This document shows positions 29,260 through 37,537 of a stretch of 37,827 bases of DNA, in pieces (position 1 is the first letter of the stretch; every line of letters starts with the position of its first letter). The DNA comes from Chthonomonadales bacterium (GTDB taxonomy: Bacteria; Armatimonadota; Chthonomonadetes; Chthonomonadales; CAJBBX01), in assembly GCA_049967475.1 (NCBI GenBank), contig JBMFSQ010000031.1:1-37827 (forward strand). Reading direction: 5' to 3'. Position numbers and translations under genes: made by a program. The notes under the pieces were generated by a model. That model was given only the letters and a program-made list of their open reading frames with translations, did no database searches and was not told the DNA's origin.

Positions 29260-30372
29260 CTATCGCAGATCGGGCCGAGGCCTGCGCGCCACTGCCGGCG
29301 GAAGCGCCGGGAAGGGCTTGTGCGGCTCTGTTTGGTACCAGTACGCCGTGCTGGAGTAGTCGTTGTTCTGCAGATTGGCGTGGCCGTGCTCTATGGTCAC
29401 GCGGATCGAGCGCGTAAAGCACACCGGATCCTCAATGTGGAAGCGGTACGACGTGCATTTGTGGCGTCCCGGATGATCGGGATCGTGCTCATGAAGTGAA
29501 GTGCCCGCGTACGGATATCCGTAAGGATGCATCCCCCACGCATGGCAGAAGTAATCCTCCGAGCCGGTTCCCACGAGGGAGGGCGCTTCCTCACCGTCAA
29601 TGAAGATCATGTCGTCGCCTTCCCCCCACCACGTCAGGCCGTCGGGAGTGGGGTCTATGTTGTCCACACTCAAATTGCACCCGACGTAGTGTCCGGCGCC
29701 CTCGGCTTCCAGGATCACGTAATTCTCGGCTCCATCGGTATTCTTAACGTCTTCGCCGGTAGATGCATCTTGCAGGCGCCAGTAATTGAGACCCTGGGCT
29801 GTGAGATCCCCCCGCACACCCTTCGTGGGGTTCTCACGGCGCCACTGGGCATGAAAGCGCAAGGTATCCGGAGGCAATTCGGAATAGGTTTCGTAGTCCA
29901 CATAGAAGTAGAAGGAGTTTACCGGGTCCGTTCCCTCATTGGTCACGGTGATGCGCGCCGCTGTAGCGAAGGGCATCTGCCAGTAGGAATTCATGGCCAT
30001 GGCGCCGCCGAGTTTGCGCTCCGCTTCACGAGATGCCACCGTGGCGAGCGGCATGGCGGAGTTGGATGCTGCGATGCCGTGCCCCACGTTGAAGAAATCG
30101 CCTACGGGACATTCCACGGAAGGGTGTTCTTCCCCGTCCCAGTACATGCGCAGGACGAGGTGCCTCAGGTAGTAGCGGTCCGGCGATCCGATGGTGAACC
30201 AGATATGGGTAATGCAACCGGCGCCGCGGATATCCGCCAAAACGGCAGTGTCCCCAACGGGGATGGTCCAGAAATCGCGGTTCCCTCCGGTTACATCGTA
30301 ACTCGAGCAGCGGCGGGTGCGGGCAGAGCGGGCGCGGACCAAGGACTTGAGTGTGGTGTGCGGGATGGTCAT
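29260..30372 (-). CDS. DUF2961 / glycoside hydrolase family 172 protein, 370 aa
   Basis: SSYDVTGGNRD, GAGCITHIWFT, LRMYWDGEEHPSVECPVGDFF, WWGEGDDMIFIDG, GTGSEDYF, YRFHIEDP, IEHGHAN, SSTAYWYQ. No signal peptide. Confidence 0.9.
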   Translation of the reverse strand: MTIPHTTLKSLVRARSARTRRCSSYDVTGGNRDFWTIPVGDTAVLADIRGAGCITHIWFTIGSPDRYYLRHLVLRMYWDGEEHPSVECPVGDFFNVGHGIAASNSAMPLATVASREAERKLGGAMAMNSYWQMPFATAARITVTNEGTDPVNSFYFYVDYETYSELPPDTLRFHAQWRRENPTKGVRGDLTAQGLNYWRLQDASTGEDVKNTDGAENYVILEAEGAGHYVGCNLSVDNIDPTPDGLTWWGEGDDMIFIDGEEAPSLVGTGSEDYFCHAWGMHPYGYPYAGTSLHEHDPDHPGRHKCTSYRFHIEDPVCFTRSIRVTIEHGHANLQNNDYSSTAYWYQTEPHKPFPALPPAVARRPRPDLR

Positions 30373-30524
30373 GGGTGGTGGCTCCTCTGGGAGATTGGCA
30401 GTAACTGTGCAGGTAGGTTCGCGGCGCCGAGCAGAAATCCTCCATGCGCATTACGGTGACCGCTGACTGACACACCATGGGCCATCATAAAACCCATCTA
30501 TACGAAATTGAAAAGCGCACGCGT

Positions 30525-30551
30525 TGAAACGTTTCGTGTTTCGCATCCGTA
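30525..30551 (+). promoter_or_regulatory. Candidate ECF-sigma (SigW-like) promoter
   Basis: TGAAAC-N17-CGTA ending about 10 nt upstream of the AAGGAGG SD of the DUF2089 gene. Confidence 0.6.
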
Positions 30552-30576
30552 TAGTCAGGCAAAGGAGGACCATGCC

Positions 30577-30999
30577 ATGCATCCTTTGCCCGACCGGTGC
30601 CCTGTATGTGGGGAGCGGCCCCACATCACCGAGATCGGCTGCGCTCACTGCGGCGCCACCCTGCGAAGCACCTTCGAAGTGCCGCCCTACTGTACCCTCA
30701 CCCCCGAACACCGCAGGTTGCTGGAGCTCTTCCTGCGCTGCCGCGGGAATATCAGCGCCCTGGCCGAAGCTCTGGGGGTGTCTTTCCCTACAGCGACCCG
30801 GCGCTTGGACGCTCTTCTGGCAGCCCTTGGAATGCTTCCTGCTGCTCCGGCGCCCGAGCCCTCCGGCCTTGCCTACACCGCAAGCAGGGTTGAAGACCGC
30901 CGGAAAGAGCTGGAGACGGAGCGCGCCCGCATCTTGGAGCTGTTGGATCGGGGCGAGATCACCGCCGAGGAGGCCACGCGCCGCCTCAAAGAGATGTAG
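30577..30999 (+). CDS. DUF2089-family protein (Zn ribbon + HTH + SHOCT-like tail), ~140 aa
   Basis: CPVCG...CAHCG, FLRCRGNI...LGVSFPTATRRLD, ILELLDRGEITAEEA. AAGGAGG SD 8 nt before ATG 30577. Confidence 0.85.
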   Translation: MHPLPDRCPVCGERPHITEIGCAHCGATLRSTFEVPPYCTLTPEHRRLLELFLRCRGNISALAEALGVSFPTATRRLDALLAALGMLPAAPAPEPSGLAYTASRVEDRRKELETERARILELLDRGEITAEEATRRLKEM

Positions 31000-31023
31000 G
31001 TCATCGAACAAGGAGTGAATACC

Positions 31024-32514
31024 ATGGAAGACCACGTTGCCCGCATCCTCAAGATGCTCGAAGAGGGCAAGATAACCGCAGAGGATGCCCAGAAGCTCAT
31101 CGCAGCCCTCGCCGCCCATAGACCGATGGGGCCTCCTCCTCCACCCCATGCACCAGGACGGCCCCCGGAGCCGCCTCCCCATGGACCAGGACGCCCCGAA
31201 GGTCCGCCGGAACCTCCAGGTTCGGTGAAGAACTTCGAGTTCCCCTGGGGCGGAAGACCAGGAGGTCCTTTCGATCTAGCCGACTTGGGCCGCCAAATCA
31301 GCGAGGCCGTGTCCAAAACCCTCAAGAGAGTAGATCCGGAACGCTTCTTCCGCGAACGGGGACCTCGCGTCCGCAGGCCGTGGCCGCCCAGACACGCCTT
31401 TTGGGGGTTCGCCGGCGCAGAGGGTCCGGAGCGGCCCGACAATCTCCGCGACCTGCCTTCGGCGACCGCCGATGACACCCTCACCTTCGCAGTGACGCCC
31501 GACGCCACGATCCGTGTGGAGAACCAATTCGGCGACGTCCGAATAGTCGGTACGCCTGCGCAGGAAGGTGCATCGGAACAGGTGACCATCCAGCTTCACA
31601 AAGTTGCCTGGGCTGCATCCCGAGAGGAGGCCCAAGCAGCCCTCACGCACATCCAGGTTATGGTTTCCCCAACAGACGGCGGACCGGCATCGCACCTCGA
31701 GATCCACGTGCAGGCGCCGGAGGGTTGGCGCGAAGGAACCGCTGACCTCCTCGTGCACGTTCCATCCCAAGCGACGGTTGATGGGAACACCACGTTTGGG
31801 GAAGTGCGCGCGGAGGCTGTGGGGGGCAATGTCGGCGTGCGTACAGCGGGCGGTTCCGTGTTCGTTGAGGAGATCGGGGGCTCCGTGAATATCACCTCCG
31901 TTACCGGGGATATCGAGGCTCGGGGCGTGTCCCAGCCGGCCAACATCTCCACGAAAAGCGGCAGCATCCACGCGGAAGACCTTCGCCGCGGAGCAACACT
32001 CAGCAGCGTGAGCGGCGATGTGCACGCTGCCCTCGTGGAGGGAGGAGCGCTGGAGGCAAGATCCGTGTCCGGGGACGTACGCGTGGAAGAAGCGGGAGTG
32101 CAAACTCCGGTGGACCTGCGCATCGAAACCGTGTCCGGGGACATCCGAATGGACCACGCGCACGGAAACGTGAACGTGCGCACCGTGTCCGGGGATGTGA
32201 CGGCTGAAAGGCTCGAGGTGGGCACCCTCGCCTGCCAAACGGTGTCCGGAGATGTGCGCCTCCACCTGGACCACCCCTTCTCGGGATCGTTCACCACCAC
32301 AACGGTGTCCGGCGATGTTACCGTTCGAATGCCGGCGCAAAGCCATTTCCGCTTCAGCCTCACGACCGCCTCGGGAGACATTACGTGCGATCACCCCGCA
32401 GCGGAACTCAACAAGACACCTAACAGCTCCACGGGAGTTGTGGGCACAGGCGCCGGGCAAGTTCTGATACAAACCCGGAGTGGAGATGTGCGCCTGCTGC
32501 AGGCTCACGGCTAG
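31024..32514 (+). CDS. DUF4097 beta-strand-repeat protein with N-terminal SHOCT-like domain (YvlB/LiaX-like), ~496 aa
   Basis: RILKMLEEGKITAEDAQKLI, Pro-rich linker, about 10 [TS]VSGD[VI]-type repeats. AGGAG SD 8 nt before ATG 31024. Confidence 0.85.
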   Translation: MEDHVARILKMLEEGKITAEDAQKLIAALAAHRPMGPPPPPHAPGRPPEPPPHGPGRPEGPPEPPGSVKNFEFPWGGRPGGPFDLADLGRQISEAVSKTLKRVDPERFFRERGPRVRRPWPPRHAFWGFAGAEGPERPDNLRDLPSATADDTLTFAVTPDATIRVENQFGDVRIVGTPAQEGASEQVTIQLHKVAWAASREEAQAALTHIQVMVSPTDGGPASHLEIHVQAPEGWREGTADLLVHVPSQATVDGNTTFGEVRAEAVGGNVGVRTAGGSVFVEEIGGSVNITSVTGDIEARGVSQPANISTKSGSIHAEDLRRGATLSSVSGDVHAALVEGGALEARSVSGDVRVEEAGVQTPVDLRIETVSGDIRMDHAHGNVNVRTVSGDVTAERLEVGTLACQTVSGDVRLHLDHPFSGSFTTTTVSGDVTVRMPAQSHFRFSLTTASGDITCDHPAAELNKTPNSSTGVVGTGAGQVLIQTRSGDVRLLQAHG

Positions 32515-32708
32515 GCCCTAGGGCAGGCGGCGGGAACCCGAGGGTACTTCGGCGCCATTGCGGCCCCCGTCCCCGCCGCCTGCACCGACCCACCGCTGCC
32601 GAACGAGACGCAATGCCACCGAACTGCCGTGGAACGGGTGGGCGGGGATGCAACGCACCCCAGTGCGCGCCGCATCGGGCCAGGTTCGGACAGCGGCACT
32701 TCGGCCTG

Positions 32709-32738
32709 TTGACGACGATGGGGCAAAATGCCTATAAT
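32709..32738 (+). promoter_or_regulatory. Sigma70 promoter upstream of the thrS leader
   Basis: TTGACG-N18-TATAAT. Confidence 0.8.
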
Positions 32739-32744
32739 GATGGC

Positions 32745-32927
32745 TGGTATCTTGTGCAGGATGGAACAAAGCGTGACACCCGATCAATTCGCGAAGGACC
32801 AGGAGGCGTCGCAAGCATTGGTTAGCACTCCATGCTGGGGCGTTGCCTCGAGCGGATGACTGCACGTTAGCGCGCACGCTCCCGCTGAAGTAACGCCGTC
32901 CCTCACCATTGGGGGAGGGCGTTTTTT
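32745..32927 (+). ncRNA. Structured ~180-nt leader or ncRNA of unknown class upstream of thrS
   Basis: Bounded by a consensus promoter and an intrinsic terminator; contains several mutually exclusive helices; no T-box motifs. Confidence 0.5.
32892..32927 (+). terminator. Intrinsic terminator/attenuator before thrS
   Basis: AACGCCGTCCCTCA-CCAT-TGGGGGAGGGCGTT hairpin with a TTTTTT tract (32922-32927). Confidence 0.8.
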
Positions 32928-32971
32928 GTACCTGCCGCAACAATGCTGCCCAAAGGAGTTGCAAACGATCC

Positions 32972-34711
32972 ATGGAGAATGCATCAAAAGACCCTTACTA
33001 TAGCCTCAGGCATTCCACGGCTCACTTAATGGCTCAGGCTGTGGGAGAACTCTTTCCGGGTGTAAAGTACGCCATCGGGCCGCCCATCGAGGACGGCTTC
33101 TACTACGACTTTGACCTTCCGGCGCCGATCCACGATGAAGACTTGCCTCGCATCGAACAGAAGATGCAGGAGATCGCCCAAAGGGATCTCCCCATTGAAC
33201 GGAGGGAACTCCCGCGTGACGAAGCCATTGCGCTCTATCAAAAGCTCGATCAGCCCTACAAGGTGGAGCTCATCCGCGACCTTCCCGAAGATGAGGTCAT
33301 CAGCTTCTATCACCAAGGGGATTGGTTCGACCTCTGCCGGGGACCCCACGTGTCCCGCACAGGCGAACTGAGGCATTTCAAACTGCTCAACATCGCCGGC
33401 GCCTATTGGCGCGGGAACGAGAAGAACAAGATGCTCACACGCATCTACGGAACGGCCTGGTTCACGCAGGAAGAGCTCCAGCGCTATCTTCAGCGGCTCG
33501 AGGAGGCGCGCAAGCGGGACCATCGCGTGCTTGGACGGGAGCTGGGCCTCTTCATGTTCTCGCCGGATGTAGGGCCGGGATTGCCTCTATGGCTTCCCAA
33601 AGGCGCCGTCCTTCGGGACACCCTGGAGCAATTCCTGAAGCGAGAGCAACTTCGCAGAGGCTACCAGCAGGTCGTGACACCCCATATCGGCAGCAGCAAA
33701 CTCTACGCTCGGTCGGGTCATCTGCAGACCTTCCGCGACAAGATCTTCCCCTTCATGGAAGACAAGGAAGAAGGGGACACGTTCATTCTCAAGCCCATGA
33801 ACTGTCCCCACCACATCCAGATTTATGCGTCTGAGCTGCGGAGTTACCGGGACCTGCCGATCCGGCTGGCTGAGTTCGGGCAATGTTACCGGTACGAACA
33901 AAGCGGCGAACTCAACGGGATGCTTCGGGTGCGCGGCTTCACCGTGGACGACTCGCACATCTTCTGCACCCCCGAACAACTCCACGAGGAATTCAAGGCG
34001 GTGGTGGACCTCATCCTCCTTGTGCTGGAGAAGCTCGGCCTCCACGATTACCGCCTTCGCCTCGGCACGCGCGATCCCGCCAGCGACAAATACGTAGGTT
34101 CCGAAGAGAATTGGGCTGCCGCTCAATCCGCCATCGAACAGACCGTACGGGATCTTGGGCTGGAGTACTTCGTGTCTCAAGGGGATGCCGCCTTCTACGG
34201 CCCCAAACTGGACTTGTTGGTGCGTGACGCCTTAGGGCGGGAATGGCAGATGGGCACCGTTCAGGTGGATTACAATCTGCCGGAGCGCTTTGAACTGGAA
34301 TATGTCGGTGAGGACGGCAAACCGCACCGGCCCATCATGATCCACCGGGCCCCCTTTGGATCTATGGAGCGAATGATCGGCCTCCTGGTAGAACATTACG
34401 CCGGGGCCTTCCCCCTTTGGTTTGCTCCCGTGCAGGTGGCTCTGCTCCCCATCACCGATGCGCAGATCGAGTACGCCCGTGCAACGGCATCAAAGCTCGA
34501 AGACGCCGGCTTTCGTGTAGAGGTGGATGCACGATCGGAGCGTGTAGGCAAGAAGATTGCCGAAGCCGAAACGCAGAAGATCCCTTACATGCTCATCATC
34601 GGCCGGCGCGACGTAGAGAATGGCGTCGTGTCTGTTCGGAAGAGGCACGAGGGTGACTTGGGAGCGATGACGCTGCACTCATTCCTGGAGCTTCTTAGAA
34701 AGGAAGTTTAG
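32972..34711 (+). CDS. thrS: Threonine--tRNA ligase (short form lacking the N-terminal TGS domain), ~579 aa
   Basis: RHSTAHL, DLCRGPH, GAYWRG, RDHR, KPMNCPHH, YRYEQSG, AAFYGPK, IHRAPFGSMER, anticodon-binding domain. AAAGGAG SD. Confidence 0.98.
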   Translation: MENASKDPYYSLRHSTAHLMAQAVGELFPGVKYAIGPPIEDGFYYDFDLPAPIHDEDLPRIEQKMQEIAQRDLPIERRELPRDEAIALYQKLDQPYKVELIRDLPEDEVISFYHQGDWFDLCRGPHVSRTGELRHFKLLNIAGAYWRGNEKNKMLTRIYGTAWFTQEELQRYLQRLEEARKRDHRVLGRELGLFMFSPDVGPGLPLWLPKGAVLRDTLEQFLKREQLRRGYQQVVTPHIGSSKLYARSGHLQTFRDKIFPFMEDKEEGDTFILKPMNCPHHIQIYASELRSYRDLPIRLAEFGQCYRYEQSGELNGMLRVRGFTVDDSHIFCTPEQLHEEFKAVVDLILLVLEKLGLHDYRLRLGTRDPASDKYVGSEENWAAAQSAIEQTVRDLGLEYFVSQGDAAFYGPKLDLLVRDALGREWQMGTVQVDYNLPERFELEYVGEDGKPHRPIMIHRAPFGSMERMIGLLVEHYAGAFPLWFAPVQVALLPITDAQIEYARATASKLEDAGFRVEVDARSERVGKKIAEAETQKIPYMLIIGRRDVENGVVSVRKRHEGDLGAMTLHSFLELLRKEV

Positions 34712-34734
34712 AATGCGGCAGGTTTCCACGGATC

Positions 34735-35313
34735 ATGAATGAGCCGCCCTCGTTGACGCCCGACGAGGCCGCCCCACCGCGCTGGAGGGTCCTCGCTCGC
34801 CGGCCTGTGTACGAGAGTGAATGGGTGAGCCTCTATCACAACGATGTGCAGCTCCCCGACGGCTCCATCCTGCACGATTACCATGAGGTCTGCTTCCCGC
34901 GACCGGCCGCAGGTGTGGTGCCCATCGGCGCAGACGGGTGCGTGCTTCTGGTGGATCATGAGCGTTTCATCATCGGCGAACGTGCCTGGGAGGTACCTGC
35001 CGGCAGGGTAGACGAGGGCGAGACGCCCGAAGAGGCCGCGCGCCGTGAGCTCTTGGAAGAGGCAGGCGCTGTTTGCAGCAGCCTTGTGTTTCTGGGAGGC
35101 CACCGCCCGCTGATCGGCAGCACAAATGCACGCTTTCTGCTGTATGCCGCAACGGATGTGCGCCAGGTGAAGGCGATTGCCGACACGAACGAGATCGCGG
35201 GCTCCCGCTGGTTCACTCCCCACGAAGTCCGCCAATTGTTGGATCGGCATGAGCTCACCGACGGCATGACGATTACGGGTATCCTGTTGGCGATTTACAA
35301 AGGTCTGCTTTAG
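34735..35313 (+). CDS. NUDIX hydrolase (ADP-ribose pyrophosphatase-like), 192 aa
   Basis: Nudix box GRVDEGETPEEAARRELLEEAG. Confidence 0.9.
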   Translation: MNEPPSLTPDEAAPPRWRVLARRPVYESEWVSLYHNDVQLPDGSILHDYHEVCFPRPAAGVVPIGADGCVLLVDHERFIIGERAWEVPAGRVDEGETPEEAARRELLEEAGAVCSSLVFLGGHRPLIGSTNARFLLYAATDVRQVKAIADTNEIAGSRWFTPHEVRQLLDRHELTDGMTITGILLAIYKGLL

Positions 35314-35342
35314 GTTGCTTCTGCCCTGCAGGAGGACGCAGG

Positions 35343-36683
35343 ATGACCGGGATAGGTCGCGTTGTGTGGATGGGATTGGGGGCCCTTCTCGTTGGCGCAA
35401 TAGGCACGTCGCGGCAGGCGGCCAACGCTCCATACTTTACGGACGAAGAACGTGCCCGCATCGTGGCCTACTGGAACGAGCCTGGGAGGTATCAGGTGTC
35501 CGCCCCAGGAGACGGAGGCCCTTGGACGGTGCGCCTGACGCCCGAGGCTTCCGTGTGGTTTCTGGCTTACAACCGCGCCTGCGGCGCCGCCAAAGCTCCC
35601 CCAACGCAGCAAGTTCCGCAGCCCTCTCCAGCCATTCCGCCGGAATGGGAACGGTGGGTAACGGCGAAGTTGGATTATGATCTGTACCGCGCAGGCGTTG
35701 CAGCAGATGCAGCCAACAGCGCGGCAACCGGGCATCAGCCCTCCCCGAAGCCTCTTCCGAGCCCCCCGCCGCTCATTCCGCAAAGCCTGCTGCAAGCGGC
35801 GGGCAATCCCCCTCCCTTTGCGGCAGCAGTAGCCCCCAAGCGGTACACCGTGGCGCTGGAGGGCGGAACCACCGTGTCGTACACGGACCAGGTGGCCGTA
35901 CCCAAAAGGTATGCCTATTTCCGGTATGCCCAAGGTGTCATGAACGCAGGCACGCCCCTCCGGTCGGTTCCGAAGCAGGAGCTCGAGAGGATCTTCGCAG
36001 GGGCAGGTCTTACCCCTTTCGAGACGCATGTGATGATATCCGTGTCGCGCCTGGAAGGGGGCTTCGACGCAATCAATACCTACGACACCGGAGTGGTGTC
36101 CGTGGGCTTCATCCAGTTTGCCTGCCTCTCTTCCGGCGGGGGATCCCTGGGAGCTCTGCTCCTCAGGGAAAAGAGGGAGGCGCCGGATGATTTTCAGCGT
36201 GATTTCCGCAGGTTCGGCATAGATGTAACGCCCGATGGGCTTCTCGTAGTTGTAGATCCGGACACCGGCGCAGAATTAGTAGGTCAGTTAGCCGCCTTGA
36301 AGATTGTGGACGACAAGCGCCTTACAGCCGTATTTCAAACGGCGGGCGCCCAAAGCGACACGTTCCGCCGCACGCAGATCCGTGAGGCCAAACAACGCTT
36401 CTATCCTGCCGACGATGTAGTAAACATCCCGGTAGCCGGCAAAACGCTCTCCTGCCGTGTAGGAGACATTATTCGGAGCGAAGCCGGGATGGCGACCCTC
36501 TTCGATCGCAAGGTGAACCGCGGGACGCTGGATCCGCTGCCTGAGGTATTAGCGCAGATGATGACGCAGCACAACCTAAGTGACCCTGCGGGGCTAGCGG
36601 CATATGAGCGTGAGATCATCCGTGCCATGCGCTACCGCACGGACTTCTTGGCGGATGCCACACTCACCCAACCGGAACCTTGA
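35343..36683 (+). CDS. Secreted protein with putative lysozyme-like (peptidoglycan hydrolase) domain, 446 aa
   Basis: Signal peptide ending AANA, Pro-rich linkers, motif LEGGFDAINTYDTGVVSVGFIQF resembling the lysozyme-fold E...D...SxGxxQ pattern. Confidence 0.65.
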   Translation: MTGIGRVVWMGLGALLVGAIGTSRQAANAPYFTDEERARIVAYWNEPGRYQVSAPGDGGPWTVRLTPEASVWFLAYNRACGAAKAPPTQQVPQPSPAIPPEWERWVTAKLDYDLYRAGVAADAANSAATGHQPSPKPLPSPPPLIPQSLLQAAGNPPPFAAAVAPKRYTVALEGGTTVSYTDQVAVPKRYAYFRYAQGVMNAGTPLRSVPKQELERIFAGAGLTPFETHVMISVSRLEGGFDAINTYDTGVVSVGFIQFACLSSGGGSLGALLLREKREAPDDFQRDFRRFGIDVTPDGLLVVVDPDTGAELVGQLAALKIVDDKRLTAVFQTAGAQSDTFRRTQIREAKQRFYPADDVVNIPVAGKTLSCRVGDIIRSEAGMATLFDRKVNRGTLDPLPEVLAQMMTQHNLSDPAGLAAYEREIIRAMRYRTDFLADATLTQPEP

Positions 36684-36700
36684 GGGTGGATGAACCGCCT

Positions 36701-37432
36701 TCACTCCGCCTCCGAAGAGGCATTGAGGTCCACCATCATACAACCCGGAATGTAGGGTGTGGACACGATGCGCTTGATCTCCTGAAGCTTCTTGACCGCC
36801 TCGGCAACGCGCCAAGTGGAGTCCAAGGCGGTCTGAAGGCGCCGCACCGCGTCGGGATCCTGCGCTTCCGCCATCAGATCTTCCAACGTGGCGCTCACAA
36901 CAAAAAGGGGATTGTTGATCTCGTGGTTGAGGGTAGCGGCGAACTGCCTTGCCAAATCGAGGCGCCGGGCATCCTCTCCGGGAGCGGTTCCCGCCGCCGA
37001 TTGATCCAGCAGCCAGGCCGGAGCTTCACGGCAGATGAAGACAACCCCTTCCGTGTCGTTCCCGGCGCGTAAATGACGCACCGAGATCTGAACGTATCGG
37101 GTGGCGAGAGGTTCCTTGCCCTTGATCACGCGGGACACTACCAACTCCAAGGGCTCGCCTTCATTGGAAGCCAAGGCGCTGCGGATCACTCGCTGCCACC
37201 TCTGGCGCTCCGTTGCCGGCAGAAGGCTCAGAAGGGATCCGCCAAGGGGGCGATAGGGAGCGGTAGCGCCGCTGTCGAGACCGGTAAAGGGGTCTAGCGG
37301 CCCTTCAGCGTACAGCAACCGTGCCTCGCGATCCACCGCATACAGGCGTATCGTTATCGCATCGAGCAGTGCAGCCATCGGCGCCGGAAGGTTTCCGGCT
37401 TCAGTACGATCCCACTCTTGATTGGCATCCAT
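36701..37432 (-). CDS. PAS-like + HisKA (phosphoacceptor) protein without an HATPase domain, 243 aa
   Basis: LYAVDREARLLY...EGVVFICRE PAS-like region; H-box TLNHEINNPL. The ORF ends about 60 aa after the His. Confidence 0.75.
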   Translation of the reverse strand: MDANQEWDRTEAGNLPAPMAALLDAITIRLYAVDREARLLYAEGPLDPFTGLDSGATAPYRPLGGSLLSLLPATERQRWQRVIRSALASNEGEPLELVVSRVIKGKEPLATRYVQISVRHLRAGNDTEGVVFICREAPAWLLDQSAAGTAPGEDARRLDLARQFAATLNHEINNPLFVVSATLEDLMAEAQDPDAVRRLQTALDSTWRVAEAVKKLQEIKRIVSTPYIPGCMMVDLNASSEAE

Positions 37433-37537
37433 ATCGCAGTCGGAACGAGCAGAGACCCGCGCAGGACCGCTTCAATGAGGCAGGCGCGGCGGCCGAGCAA
37501 TCGCATCGCGTGATTATTCCACGCTGTGCGTACAAGT

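Noticed and set aside
31880..32490. Recurrent (A)CCGTGTCCGGGGA-like DNA repeats that might suggest a CRISPR array
   Set aside because: In-frame codons for the TVSGD repeats of the DUF4097 protein; short, degenerate, and no cas genes.
32523..32583. 12-bp inverted repeat GCAGGCGGCGGG/CCCGCCGCCTGC after the DUF4097 gene
   Set aside because: Large 37-nt loop, no U-tract, single copy; may be a 3' stabilising stem but not supportable as a defined element.
32758..32773. AGGATGGAACAAAGCG as a degenerate T-box bulge for thrS
   Set aside because: Lacks ACC, lies at the very 5' end of the transcript with no room for Stem I or a specifier, and is about 120 nt from the terminator.
32972..33100. thrS missing the N-terminal TGS domain as a sign of truncation or pseudogenisation
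   Set aside because: Good SD and intact editing, catalytic and anticodon domains; TGS-less ThrRS forms are known in several bacterial groups.
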